Made by a program: the position numbers and the translations under genes
The notes under the pieces: model-generated
What the model was told of the DNA's origin: nothing
The model's database searches: none
What the model saw: the letters and a program-made list of their open reading frames with translations, nothing else
DNA from: Fonticula alba ATCC 38817
Taxonomy: Eukaryota; Protista; Nucleariida
Reading direction: 5' to 3' (one strand)
Length of the DNA: 64,000 bases
NCBI GenBank assembly: GCA_000388065.2
Contig: KB932207.1
Part shown: piece after piece, positions 11,494 through 22,684 of the stretch
Position numbering within the stretch: position 1 is the stretch's first letter
Layout: the number at the start of each line of letters is the position of its first letter

Positions 11494-14014
11494 ACCATGC
11501 ATACCACGCATGCACGCGCTTGTAGCTATGTGTTACGGCAGCCACTCGTGCCACGGCTCCCTTCCCTGGATGGCTGCGTGCCCGATTGCGAGAGGTACTT
11601 CGCCAGCGAACTGGCGCTTCGCCAATGGATGCGCCCTCGGGCTCGGTGGCTGCGCTGCTTTCCAGCTGGCGACCAAGTCTGCTGGCAGCGTCTGCGCCGG
11701 GGGACATCCCTGCGGCGGAAGACTCCTCCGAGGCCCTTCATCGCCCGGGTGACCGCCCGATGCCGGCCCCTGCGGCGCATCTGCTGCTCGGCTGGCTCCG
11801 GGTGTCCCTGCCGCACCCGACGCGCAAGGGGCAGAGTGTCTGTCGGAGCATCGCCCTCATTGTGTGCGTGAATGGGCAACTGCTTGGCCTGCCCCTCCCN
11901 NNNNNNNNNNNNNNNNNNNNNNNNNNNNNNNNNNNNNNNNNNNNNNNNNNNNNNNNNNNNNNNNNNNNNNNNNNNNNNNNNNNNNNNNNNNNNNNNNNNN
12001 NNNNNNNNNNNNNNNNNNNNNNNNNNNNNNNGTCCCCTCACCGAGTCCCGCCTCTTCGCCCTGTCGGACGACACGGTGGAGTTCCACTCGCTCCTGTCGC
12101 TTGCCAGCTGCGACCACATGGATACCCCGCAAGCCGGCTGCCCCGGGTGCAAGGACCACCTGCCTTCGGGGTGGGGCCCGCCCAGGCCGGTCTCCCCCCT
12201 GGCGGCTGCGGCCGCGTCCATTGTCTCGACCTCGCCGCGGCCCTTCCGCGCGGGCCTGCCCCTGTTGTGTGCGTCCTCCGGCGTCCCTCTCCGAGGAGAT
12301 GCTTGGGGTCGTGCTCCGGAAGTCCGCCCCCCCCCCCCTCCCCTCTTGGATGGACATTCCCCCGGTTGCCGCTTTGCCTCCTGCGCCCTTGGCCCGCCCC
12401 CTTCGCTCTTTCTTGCCGTCTCCCCCCGCCCCTCGCCCCTCGCCCCCCTGCCCTGGCCTCGGCTGTCAATGATATGCTGACACGTTGACAGATCCGCTGG
12501 CGCGCCCGCCGACGGTCCTGTCCCTCGGGACCTCGCCACGGAGGGCGCTCTTCATGCCGGCCCCGGTCGGGGTCGGGAATGCTCCATCCTCGGTGGTCAC
12601 CTCCCCTGCGGCCCCTGCGATTGCCGCCCCGGCGCGGACCCTCACCATCAGCAACCTGTCGGATCGGGCGGAGCTGCGCCTCGGCCTCGGGCTGGTGGGC
12701 CTGCCGCCGGAGCTTACGCCGGACGCGGTACGCGTGTCTTATCGGACGCGCCCGGCCCCGGGACCTGGAGGCCCTGCGCCGGCCATCCAGCCGGAGCCGG
12801 CCCCGGTGCCGGTCCCCCTGGCCCTGGATCGGGTGGAGCTGCTTCCCCTTCCGGCTGGCGGGGAGCTCGCCCTGGAGGTGGCCTTGGCGGACACCCTGTG
12901 CGAGACCACGGCCGATGTGGTGCTCGGGCTTTTCGACACGGACTCCTGGTCCCTGGGCGCCGGCCTGGTGTCCCTGCTGCGCATTCGTGGTGCGTTCCCT
13001 TCGGCGCCGGCCCCTGCTCTGGGCGCTCAGGGGTTGCTTTCTCTTCCGCGGCTTCCGCCACTCTGTCCTGTCCGCCCACGCTGTCCTGCCCGCCCACGAT
13101 GTCTCACCTGGCTCTCTTGTGCCCGGTCTCCCCTCCCCCCCCCCCTCCTCTCTTCCTTCATAACCTCCCCTGCTTGCACATGCACGCACACATGCACACA
13201 CGCACACGCACACGCACACCTACGCAGTCGTGTCCATGCAAGCTGAGGACTCGGGTGGCTCCCCCGAGGGAGACTCCACACCTGACCCAGGGCAAGAGGA
13301 CGCTCCGTCGGCTATGGCCCGACCGACGCACCACTCCTCGGCTGCCGGTCCGAGTGTCGACAACGACCAGCCGGATCTCGTGGTCTCCGCTCTCCTGGAG
13401 CCTGTTCCGGACAAGGACCATGGCGATGGTGGGGATGCCGGCGGGGATGGCGTGCCAGCCCCCCCGGCGCCGGTGGCCCTGTGCCCCGCCCTGTCCGACC
13501 AGCGCCCTTATGCGTTGGTAGACCTGGGCCCGGGTGCGAATGCGGCGATGGTGGCCACCGGTCGATCCGGCCTCCGGGCTTCGGCTGTCCCCTTCGAGGT
13601 CCTCCTGCGAGTGACCCTCTCACCGGGGTATGCGGTCCTGCGTCAGGCCCCCGGGGCCCTTTCGGTGCAGACCACCGGCCAGGTGCGGCTTGCAAGGGTC
13701 CCCCCCCCCGGCCCGCCATTGGCCCCAATGTGATGCTTGCCGGTGGAAGAGCGCTAACCCATGCCTTGTGTCCCTCTTTTTTTTTCCCCTCCCCCACCCC
13801 TGTTTGCCCCCCTCCCGAGCAGATCTCCACCGGCCAGGGTTCCATCCAGCTGCCGGGGGATCCACGCCAGGCAGCCGAGCTGCGCCTGCAGGTCGATGTG
13901 TCACAGGCTGGGCCCCTGTACGGCAGCGCGACGATCAGCCACGCCCGGGCCGATGGCACGACCCAGCAGCGGACCCTGGTGTTCGGGGGCTTCATCGCCC
14001 CGAGTCGGGTGTAA
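132..14014 (+). CDS. Giant multi-exon protein (5' end outside window; about 3,300+ aa inside) with many ASH/PapD-like Ig-fold repeats; function unknown
   Basis: Phase-consistent GT-AG exons read by eye: 132-1522, 1813-2490, 2735-3502, 3596-3965, 4142-4581, 4903-5831, 6195-7696, 7890-7990, 8425-8973, 9176-9767, 9913-10058, 10174-10510, ~10665-11291, 11526-~11863, ~12033-12200 (after N gap, uncertain), ~12492-12986, ~13228-13682, ~13822-14014. A recurring motif hDFG-x(8-10)-h-x-h-x-N-x-[ST] ([68 protein letters not shown]) is typical of ASH-type domains. The 3' end is uncertain. Confidence 0.8.
5985..6142 (+). repeat. (CA)n / CAY-rich microsatellite in an intron
   Basis: Long cacacaca run upstream of the 3' splice site of intron 5832-6194. 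Confidence 0.95.
8163..8327 (+). repeat. (TGTC/CGTC)n tetranucleotide-based tandem repeat with a 12-bp higher-order unit (GTCTGTCTGTCC), intronic
   Basis: Directly visible repeat inside intron 7991-8424. Confidence 0.9.
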
Positions 14015-17000
14015 GTCTCCCCCCCCCCCCTCCCCCCGCCTTCCCGGGTCCGCCAGTGTGGCCCGGGGACGCCCGAGCGGGGCCCATGCTCAGGCCGAAG
14101 CTTTGGCTGGCTAGATGTCGACGACCAATTGCCCCGCCGTGCCTCCCTCGCTCTTTGTTTTTCCCTTATGCGAGGCACGCCCACGGGCGTGGGGGGTGCT
14201 CGTGCTGGCACATATGCCCACACGCGCCCGCATACTCGCTCCCCCCGTGTCGGGGCCGGCCTGCGAGCCAGGCCAACTCTGCCCATGAGGGCCACCCGGT
14301 GCCACCGTTGGCATAAATACACATACGCCGGGCCGCGGACCGAGGGTGTCGTCTCCGGGCCCTGCTCCGTTTCGCCGCCTCTCTCACTTCCCCGCCTGCT
14401 GACTGTGATGGGGATGATGTATATTCCCCAGCTGTCCCCCTCCCCTCCAGATCGACCTCTGTTCGGGATGGGAGACCGCGCACCGGAGCACCCGCCCCCC
14501 CCACAACATACTCCTTTGCTCCGTGACTTCGTCCCCCTGGGAGGAGCGGGGGGGGGGGGGGGGGGGGGGGGGAGCGAGCGCGATCCTGCAATCTCCTGTT
14601 TTGAGGGCCCCAGCCCGGTGGGGGGCGTGGACGCAACGCACATACACGTCCTCGCGTATGCGCCCCTCCCCCCCCCCCCCCTCATAGACGGGAAATATTC
14701 CCTCCCCGAGACTGGCTGGCCGGCCGGCAGTTTCTCCCCCTCGCGCCCGCCGGCGCCAGTATGCTCTGTGGATGGGCGAAACACAACCGGCTTGCGCCCG
14801 AGGGCCCGAGCGGGGCCGAGGGGGGGGTTCTCCGGCTGGCGGTGGTTGCGCCGCTCGGCTGACGGCGCGAGGGGAACATGCGCTAGCAGGAGGCTGTCGC
14901 TCGCCGGCGCCGGACGCGCGAGGGGCCCCCCTCCCCTGCGCCGGTGCTCGCCCGCGCTGCGGTCCACGCCGCACGGAAGAGAAGGGCGCGCGCGGGCGGG
15001 GGGGGGGGGGGGGGCGAATCAGCTGGAGGGGCGCGGTCAACTGCCCCGGCCGGCGTGTCTCCAGCGATGACTGCCGGCCACGATCAGGGCCAGTGCCAAC
15101 GGAGGGACCCGCTAAGTCAGCTCCAGTGTGCGGAACACCCCGCTGACAGATGGAGGTCGGGGCGGCGGCCGGGCGGGCGAGGGGCGGACCCGGCCTTTGC
15201 ACGAGGGCCCTTGGCGGAAAAAAAAGCCCGCCGGTCCCGGGTACGCGTGCGGCGGCGAGTCCCGAGCGCGGAGGTGCGGCCCCGGGTTGGCTGGAAAAAA
15301 AAGCCGGCTTTATTCGCGGCCAGCTTTTTTGCATGAACCGCCGGCTCGCCAGAAGCGGTTGCCCTCGCCTCCCCCCCGGGGGGGGGGAGGGGGGGGGGGC
15401 GGGGCAGGCGGAAAGGTCGGCGGGCACCCGCGCGCACCCTCTCTCGAGAGCATGCTGGCCACCCTCCGACCCGGGGGCAGTTTCCCGACGCGAGCCGGTG
15501 TGTCCCTCGGCGTGGGGGGCCCACTCCTCGGGCGGGCGGGGGGGGGGGGGGGGCACCCAGGGGGAGCCCCAGACCACATCCACTTCGGTGGATGTGCCCC
15601 TGCGGCGCCCGGGGGGTGGGAGGCCCCGGGGACGGTCGGCCTGCGTTCACTTGCAATGCCGTGGGTTTTAGGCATGCTGGCGCCCGGGCAGCCAGGGGCA
15701 AAGCAGTTCTGACAAGCCGCCCGTGCCGGGCCCGGACATTTTAAGACACCCGTTTTGGGCCACCAGGGACAGGCCGGAGCCTCCCGGCCAGCGCACGCCT
15801 CCCGGCGCTCCGGATCTTTCGGACGGATTCCAGTGGCGCCCGCCCGCGGAAGACACCCCCGATGCTGGCGCGGGGGCGGGGCCGGGGAACACAGCGACCC
15901 CGCGGCCCGCCGGCGCGCCCAGTGTTGACTGGCCCTTGCGTTGGCAAGACGTGCCCGGGTGCCGCCCGGGGACATGCGCCGGCGCGCGGGCCCTCGGCCA
16001 AAGAGCGGCCCCGCTCCGAGGGCCGGGCGGGGGGGGGGGGCGCCGTTGCCCAAGCTGGGTTCTGCCCCGGCACTGGTCAGGGCCGCACCCGCGCGGCCAT
16101 CGGCCCCCCCCCCCCCCGTCCGGAGGAGCTTTGTGAGATCTGACAGGAGATGGCGCCGGGAGCGGCGGGCAAAAGTGGACGCTGCCCCCCCCCTCCCCCC
16201 CCCCTTCCCCTGGGCACATATCCGCCCGTGCCCCCGGGCTGGGCAAGCGTCTACCATGTTAATACCGGGGCGCAATTCCGGTGTTTGGCCGCCGGCTCGG
16301 CCCCCGACACACCGCCACCGCCGGCCTGCACACATATACACGCACGCACGCACGCACGCACGCACATACACACACACGGGCACGGCCTCCGGGGACGCCG
16401 GGCCCCAAATTCCTGCGAAGTGTCCAGTATGTCAAGCAGCGGCAGCACCCGGGGCGCAAGACGTGCCCGGCCGTCGCGACTGCGGCCGGCTGCGCCCCGC
16501 CCTCGCCGGGACCCGGGGATGCCCCTCCCCCCCCCCCCCCCCCGTCTGAACCCCCCCCCCAGGGTCTCCCCGCGCAAGTGCGCCCGGGCGTGTGCCACTG
16601 CAGCGGTCCCCCCCCCCCGGGGGGGGGGAGGGCGATCAGACACGCGTGTCCTGGCCGCTCTCACCCGCGCCGCTGCCAGACGGCCCCCGCCCCGGGCCGG
16701 GCGTCTGCACAAAGGCAGACACTCGCCAACGCCCGCCGGGCCCGGGGCGCGTGTGAACAGATGTTCGCAAACCGGCATGCCACAGAGGGTCGCCCTCGGT
16801 CTGCAGGACGTATCAACACCGACCCATTCACCAGGAGTCCCCTGTTGCCGCGCCAAGATGGGTCGCAGTTGCGCCCCCCGCCCCGTCTCTCCCTGCATGT
16901 CCCGATGTCCCCCGCGGATCATCGTTTACAACCCGCGGCCCACCTCGGGTCAAAGACCGAGAAGATCGGCTGGGTGGGCGGGCGGGCGGGTGGCGTCCGG

Positions 17001-17539
17001 CGAGGGGGGGGGGGGGGGGGGGGGNNNNNNNNNNNNNNNNNNNNNNNNNNNNNNNNNNNNNNNNNNNNNNNNNNNNNNNNNNNNNNNNNNNNNNNNNNNN
17101 NNNNNNNNNNNNNNNNNNNNNNNNNNNNNNNNNNNNNNNNNNNNNNNNNNNNNNNNNNNNNNNNNNNNNNNNNNNNNNNNNNNNNNNNNNNNNNNNNNNN
17201 NNNNNNNNNNNNNNNNNNNNNNNNNNNNNNNNNNNNNNNNNNNNNNNNNNNNNNNNNNNNNNNNNNNNNGGGGGGGGGGGGGGGGGGGCGGAACGGCGGC
17301 CAGCTTGCGGCCGGCGGCGCCGTGCGGCCCACGGCGAGGATGGTGGAGGCACAAAAGATGCCCACTTGCCGCCCACGCGATTAGAGGCCCCCCCCCCACA
17401 CACACACCGCTTGCCCGCCCGCCCGCCCGCCCGCTCACCCGCCGAGCGCAGCCACACCTCCCACACACACACCCCGCCCCTCGTCACACACTCATCCCAC
17501 ACACACACACACACACACACACCCCTCTTCTACCGAACG

Positions 17540-17607
17540 GTGAGTCTTGTTTCATATGATCGACGCCTTCGATCTCGCATCGCTGCCCCTCTGCCTCCGC
17601 TCCCCAG
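17540..17607 (+). other. Probable 5'-UTR intron of the UBC7-like gene
   Basis: GTGAGT at 17540 to pyrimidine-rich CTCCCCAG ending 17607; 68 nt long, ending about 40 nt upstream of ccaccATG (17647). Confidence 0.6.
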
Positions 17608-17646
17608 CTGTGACTGACATCGCCAGCCTCGCCGACAGCCGCCACC

Positions 17647-17724
17647 ATGACTCAGATCCCCTCCGCCCTGATCTTGCGCAAGGAGCTCCAGGGTACGTAC
17701 TCGCCCCTCCCTCCCTCGCGCGCG

Positions 17725-17808
<84 letters not shown>

Positions 17809-18874
17809 CCTCTGCTGCACTGCCTTTCTCCCCCTCTGACACACGGTCCTCCCGCGCCGCCCCGGCCATTACCATCTAGAGCTCATGCGCGACCCGGTTG
17901 AGGGCTTCTCCGCCGGCCTCGCCGATGATTCTGACCTGTATGAGTGGGATGTCACCGTCATGGGCCCCCCGGACACCTATTAGTACGCACAGCCGCCCGA
18001 TTCGCAGGCCCATGCATATGTGCACACACGCCCGCGCACATGCACACGCCGCCAGAGAGCCCTTCCTCACCGCCTGTGTGCCTCGCGAACCCCCCCCCCC
18101 CCCCCATCTCCAGCGAGGGCGGCCTCTTCCGCGCTCGCCTCTCCTTCCCCCGCGACTACCCGGACAAGCCGCCGGTTCTGCGCTTCAAGTCCGAGATGTA
18201 CCACCCGAATGGTGCGCCGCCAGCCTGGCCCGGAGATGCCGCCTCTCCCGGCGGGCTTCCCCCGCTCTTTCCACTCCTTCCCCCTTGCCTGGCTCTCCCT
18301 CTGACCCCCCTTTTGGCCCGCTCCCCCCGCGCACCAGTCTACCCCAACGGTCTGGTGTGCATCAGCATCCTCCACGCCCCGGGCGAGGATGAGAATGGCT
18401 ACGAGGACGCCTCCGAGCGGTGGAACCCGGTGCAGAACATTCGCGTACGCTGTCTCCCCCCCCCCTCTCCCTCCATTGCGCGCGCATGCGCCCCAACAAC
18501 CCAACCACTTACCGCCTGGCTGTATCCCTTGCTCTCCCCGCCCCTCCCTCTCCCCCCCATCCAGACGGTCATGCTCTCGGTCATCTCCATGATGAGCTCC
18601 CCCAATGACGAGTCGCCGGCCAATGTTGACGCCGCTGTACGTGCACCATGTGCCCCTCGTCCACCCTGCTCCCCCCCCCCCCCCCCGGCTGTCTGCTCTT
18701 CTCTCTCTCTCCCTCTCTCTCTCTCTCTCTGTCCTCTCCCCCTGGACCTAACCCCGCATGCTTTCCTGTGTCTCCATGGCCTCCCACACCCTCCTGCAGA
18801 AGGAGTGGCGGGACAACCGGGACTCCTTCCGTCGGCGTGTCAGCCAGGTTGTCCGCCGCAGCCAGGAGGAGTAA
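17647..18874 (+). CDS. UBC7: Ubiquitin-conjugating enzyme E2, UBE2G/UBC7 class (6 coding exons)
   Basis: Spliced: MTQIPSALILRKELQ|ELMRDPVEGFSAGLADDSDLYEWDVTVMGPPDTY|YEGGLFRARLSFPRDYPDKPPVLRFKSEMYHPN|VYPNGLVCISILHAPGEDENGYEDASERWNPVQNIR|TVMLSVISMMSSPNDESPANVDAA|KEWRDNRDSFRRRVSQVVRRSQEE*. It has the HPN motif, the catalytic Cys and the acidic loop insertion of the UBC7/CDC34 class. Confidence 0.95.
17709..17797 (+). repeat. (CG)n then (CA)n microsatellite in UBC7 intron 1
   Basis: cgcgcgtgcgcg followed by more than 30 CA units. Confidence 0.95.
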
Positions 18875-19032
18875 GTGCCCAAGCCTCGCCCGGCAATTTG
18901 CTAGCGCACTGCTGCACGCACGCGCGCGCGCGCGCCCCCCCCCCCCCCCCCTCCTTGGCCTCCTCCGGAATCCGCAGGGCAGATCATGTCATGCAGACCT
19001 GCCCCAGCACGGGGCCGAAGCAAGGCCCCAGC

Positions 19033-19065
<33 letters not shown>

Positions 19066-19315
19066 GGCCCACACATGGAGCATGGAGAGATCCAACCAGC
19101 CCGAGTGCGCGGGGGTGGTCCGGTGGAAGGGATTCAGCTGGAGAAACTGCCAAAGGGGATCGAAAGGCCATCACGGGCTCCTCTCTCCCCCGTGCATGCT
19201 TCGCTTCCCGTTCCCTTTGCGAACCCCAACCTCTGCCAGGGCCTTGGGCAGCTCTCTTCCCTCCCTCCACCCCCCCCCCCCTTCGTACTCTGAACCTGCA
19301 AGCGCACGTGCGCAT

Positions 19316-19353
<38 letters not shown>

Positions 19354-20107
19354 CGACACACAGGGCCAGGCACGCACAGGGGTCTCCCTAGATTTGGCCA
19401 CCCATGCTGAGGCCCCCGCCCCCCCTGCATTTGCCCTGATCGTGTGTCTGTTGCTCCTTCTCTCCCGAGGGCGTGTGCCCTCCTTCCTGTCTCCGCCGAG
19501 GGCCGATTCGCGCACGTGCGTCTGCGCATGTTTACCTGCGTGCCGCCCGCCCCCCCCCCCCCTTTGTCCTTGTTGCCCATCTCGCACGCACAAATAGCAA
19601 ATACATAAACATAAACCCAGACACTCGGAGACGACAGCTGCGTGTGTGCGCCAAATGGCGGCATGGAGGGGGGGGGATCACCTGCACGGCGAGGAGACAT
19701 CTCACCGAAAGCGGCCTCCCCGGGGCGAGGGCGCGATCGTGAGGCGTCTCATTTGGGTATGCCCCTTCTGGCGCCCATACACATCCCCCAGCACCCTCCC
19801 CCGAGCGAGACGCCCTTTGGGGAGGAAACACGCCGACGGGGACGCCTCGCACCGGCACTGGGACACCGTGGCAGCAGTTCCCGAGGAAAGGCATTTCAGC
19901 CCCCCCCCCCCCCCCGCCCTTTGAATAGCCATTTGGCCCACTGAGGCGCGGCGGCGGAGGAAAAAAAAAAAGCCCGATCAAGGCCGAGATGATGTCTATG
20001 GATCGGTGTAGTTGTCTGGCAAAGGGGGGAGGCGCAAAGGGAATGGGCAGACGGAGCAAAGGGACAACCCCCCCCCCCCCCCCCCCACGCAGGGGCGCGA
20101 CAGGCGC

Positions 20108-21250
20108 TCACTTGCGAGAAGCCCCCTCATCAACCTCCTCATACTCGAAGACCTCGCCGAGGGCCTCGCGCAGAGGCACCAGGCGGATCGGCTCCGGCGC
20201 ATGCGGGTCGCCACTCAGGTCAAACTGCAGCAGGTTCTTGTGCAGGTAGTAGTACCGGCCCTCGGCGTCCTTGGCGTTGGTCAGAGGGGGCCAGCCGTCA
20301 ATCGGCACAATCTGCATGCCAGCGAACGGCAGACCCGGCGGGGGAGCGAGGGGGACAGAGAAGGAGCCCCGGTCCAATGGTAGGCGTCCGCGTTTGCACA
20401 CAGATGGTCAGACACCAGGCATGGCAACCAGAAAGGCCGGGAGCGAGGGGGCGAGAAAAGGAGGGGAGGAGGGGGGGGGGGGGGGGGGCGGGAGGCAACT
20501 TGTCCATCGGCCAATAGATGGCCGCATGCGGCGTACCTTGTCCACATCGACGACGGTGTGCACGGGCTTCCCCCAGAAGTTCATGGTGACCAGGGACAGG
20601 CGGCGACCACTCTCAAGCAGCTCGTAGTCGGTCAGCTGCGCGGAGATCCGGCCGTCGGCCGGCGGCAGGGCGTGGATCTCCGTGACATAGGTCTTGGTGA
20701 AGTGGTGGAAGAGGAAGGTCGTGCTGGCGGCCAGAGTACCCAGGATGCCGGCCACAAACATGCGCCCCTCCACCGGCAGGGCCGCAGTGTCCAGGCTCAC
20801 CAGGGCCGGCATGGCGAAGGCCGTCGACACGGCGCCCACCATGGACAGGAGCTTCAGCTTGCGCAGGCTATCCGTCAGCTGGCCCTTGTACAGGAGGTCC
20901 GGATGCGCAAAGGGATCCGGGAAGGGGTGATGCGGGTCCGGCGAGTCATCACCCGGCAGCCGGAGCCCCTCCTTCGGCCCGTCCGCCAGGGCATCCTCCT
21001 CGGAGAACTGGCTGACCGGCTCATGAGGGAACTGGCGCTGCTCCGGAGTCATGTTCCGGCGACGGGTAGCGTCATCAACCGCCTTGTTCGGGGTCGGGGT
21101 CGGGGTCGGAGCCGGGGCCGGGGTCGGGGCCGGGGCCGAGCCGGAGGAGTACGCCCGGAGCCAGGGGGCCGCCGTGACGGTGGCGGCGGTGCGGTGGCGA
21201 ACCGCATGCGCGGCGAGCCCCCGGGCGTGGTGGGTGGCAAGGGAGAACAT
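20108..21250 (-). CDS. TMEM70: TMEM70-family mitochondrial inner-membrane protein (ATP synthase assembly factor-like), 2 exons
   Basis: Exons 21250-20537 and 20311-20108. Arg/Ala-rich presequence-like N-terminus (MFSLATHHARGLAAHAVRHR), then LLYKGQLTDSLRKLKLLS, two hydrophobic segments and FLFHHFTKTYVTEIH. This parallels the TMEM70 pattern LIYTG..VKCFS..LLHFITKGYVIRL (recognised from memory). Confidence 0.75.
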
Positions 21251-21781
21251 GGGCAAGAAAGGCAAGGGGCGAGAGGGGCGAGAGGGGCGAATGGAGAAAC
21301 CTGGCTGCAGGCGATGCCGAACGGAGGACCCATGCGCCGGAGTGGGCCGAGAAAACGCCACCAAGATCGGCGCGTGCAGCAAAAACGGCCCTGACGCATG
21401 CTCACGCACACACACACACACACGCACACGCACACGGACATACACACACGGGCAGATGGAAACCACGAATGGGGGCGCGCCGGCCGAGGGCTGGACGCGC
21501 CCTGCCCCCACGCATCCACCACACACGCACGGGCCCGCTCACGGAAGAGGGAGTCAAAAAAGCCCGGGCACATGCAGCCCCGGCCGGCTCTTGCTCCTCC
21601 CCGGGGCACCGGGGGCAGGGGGAGGCTTTCACACATGCGCGCGTGCTTGCACGAGGCAGGGCGCGCCCGGAGGAGGGGCAGATCGCAGAAGGCGGAGCTT
21701 CGGATCACGCGGCGCCATTCTGGACCCGGGCACGATGGGCTGCCAGCTTATTAATTGACCTGATTAATGCTCGTCCGAAAG

Positions 21782-22122
21782 ATGACCCTGCCACATAGTG
21801 GCCCGGCGCCCCATGCTCGGTTCCCACCCGAATGTGCGGAGGGACGCCGGGGGGCAGGTAATCTCCCTGCCCCCCGGCCGCAGCCGTGGGGCACATGAAC
21901 GCTGCGCATGTTAAATGCATCTCCATTGGCAGCCGCGGGGTGCGGTGGTCGCCGTATCATTATGACCCTGCCACATAGTGGCCCGGCGCCCCATGCTCGG
22001 TTCCCACCCGAATGTGCGGAGGGACGCCGGGGGGCAGGTAATCTCCCTGCCCCCCGGCCGCAGCCGTGGGGCACATGAACGCTGCGCATGTTAAATGCAT
22101 CTCCATTGGCAGCCGCGGGGTG
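21782..22122. repeat. Perfect direct repeat, 2 x 161 bp (21782-21942 and 21962-22122), probably artefactual
   Basis: The copies are identical with period 180, and the 19-bp spacer is an Illumina adapter fragment. Confidence 0.9.
21943..21961 (-). other. Illumina P5 adapter remnant (sequencing artefact)
   Basis: CGGTGGTCGCCGTATCATT is the exact reverse complement of AATGATACGGCGACCACCG, the first 19 nt of the Illumina P5 oligo. It lies exactly between two identical 161-bp copies. Confidence 0.93.
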
Positions 22123-22433
22123 TTTCACGGACCATCCCTGGATCGGGAAACCGGGCGTGTCCGCTCTCCTTCATCGCCGGCCCTTCCCTGTGCCTGCCCC
22201 TTCGCGTGGATGGAACGCCGGGCGGTGGATGTGTGTGTGTGTGTGTGTAAAGATAGGTGTATTTTGCCGGGGAAGGGTGGTCCTGGACTTTCTTCGGTGG
22301 CCAGTGCCTGATCAACAGGCAGGGCATGGAGGACGGGCGAGGGAGACGAGGAGAGGGTGTGTCTGCGCATGTGTCTGTGCAGGCGTGTGCGTGTGCGTGT
22401 GCATGTGCATGTGCATGTGCATGTGTGTGCCCC

Positions 22434-22645
22434 TCATCGCATGTGCTCAACAATCGGACGAAGCTCCCCGCGCGAAGGGGATTCGGCGGCTGGGGACAAC
22501 GGCGTCCCGGGAGCCGCATCGTCGTCGCCATCCTCCTGGGCCATGGCGATCGAGGGGGACCCATCGGCTGGCCCGACGCGGAGGTGGAGTCCGGGCGAGG
22601 GCCGATCGGATAGCCGGCGGTGGCGAGCCCCCGGCTCGGACCTGC

Positions 22646-22684
<39 letters not shown>

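Noticed and set aside
15064-15155. Possible C/D-box snoRNA (GCGATGA ... CTGA with CTCCA/TGGAG flanks)
   Set aside because: The C box is imperfect, the terminal stem is offset from box D, and I recognised no D'/C' boxes or rRNA target.
21782-22122. Repeat-spacer-repeat unit resembling a CRISPR-like array or duplicated snRNA (161 bp, close to U1 length)
   Set aside because: The spacer is an Illumina P5 fragment. The unit lacks the U1 5' ACTTACCTG, the 70K loop and an Sm site, and lacks the SECIS, TPP and hammerhead cores.
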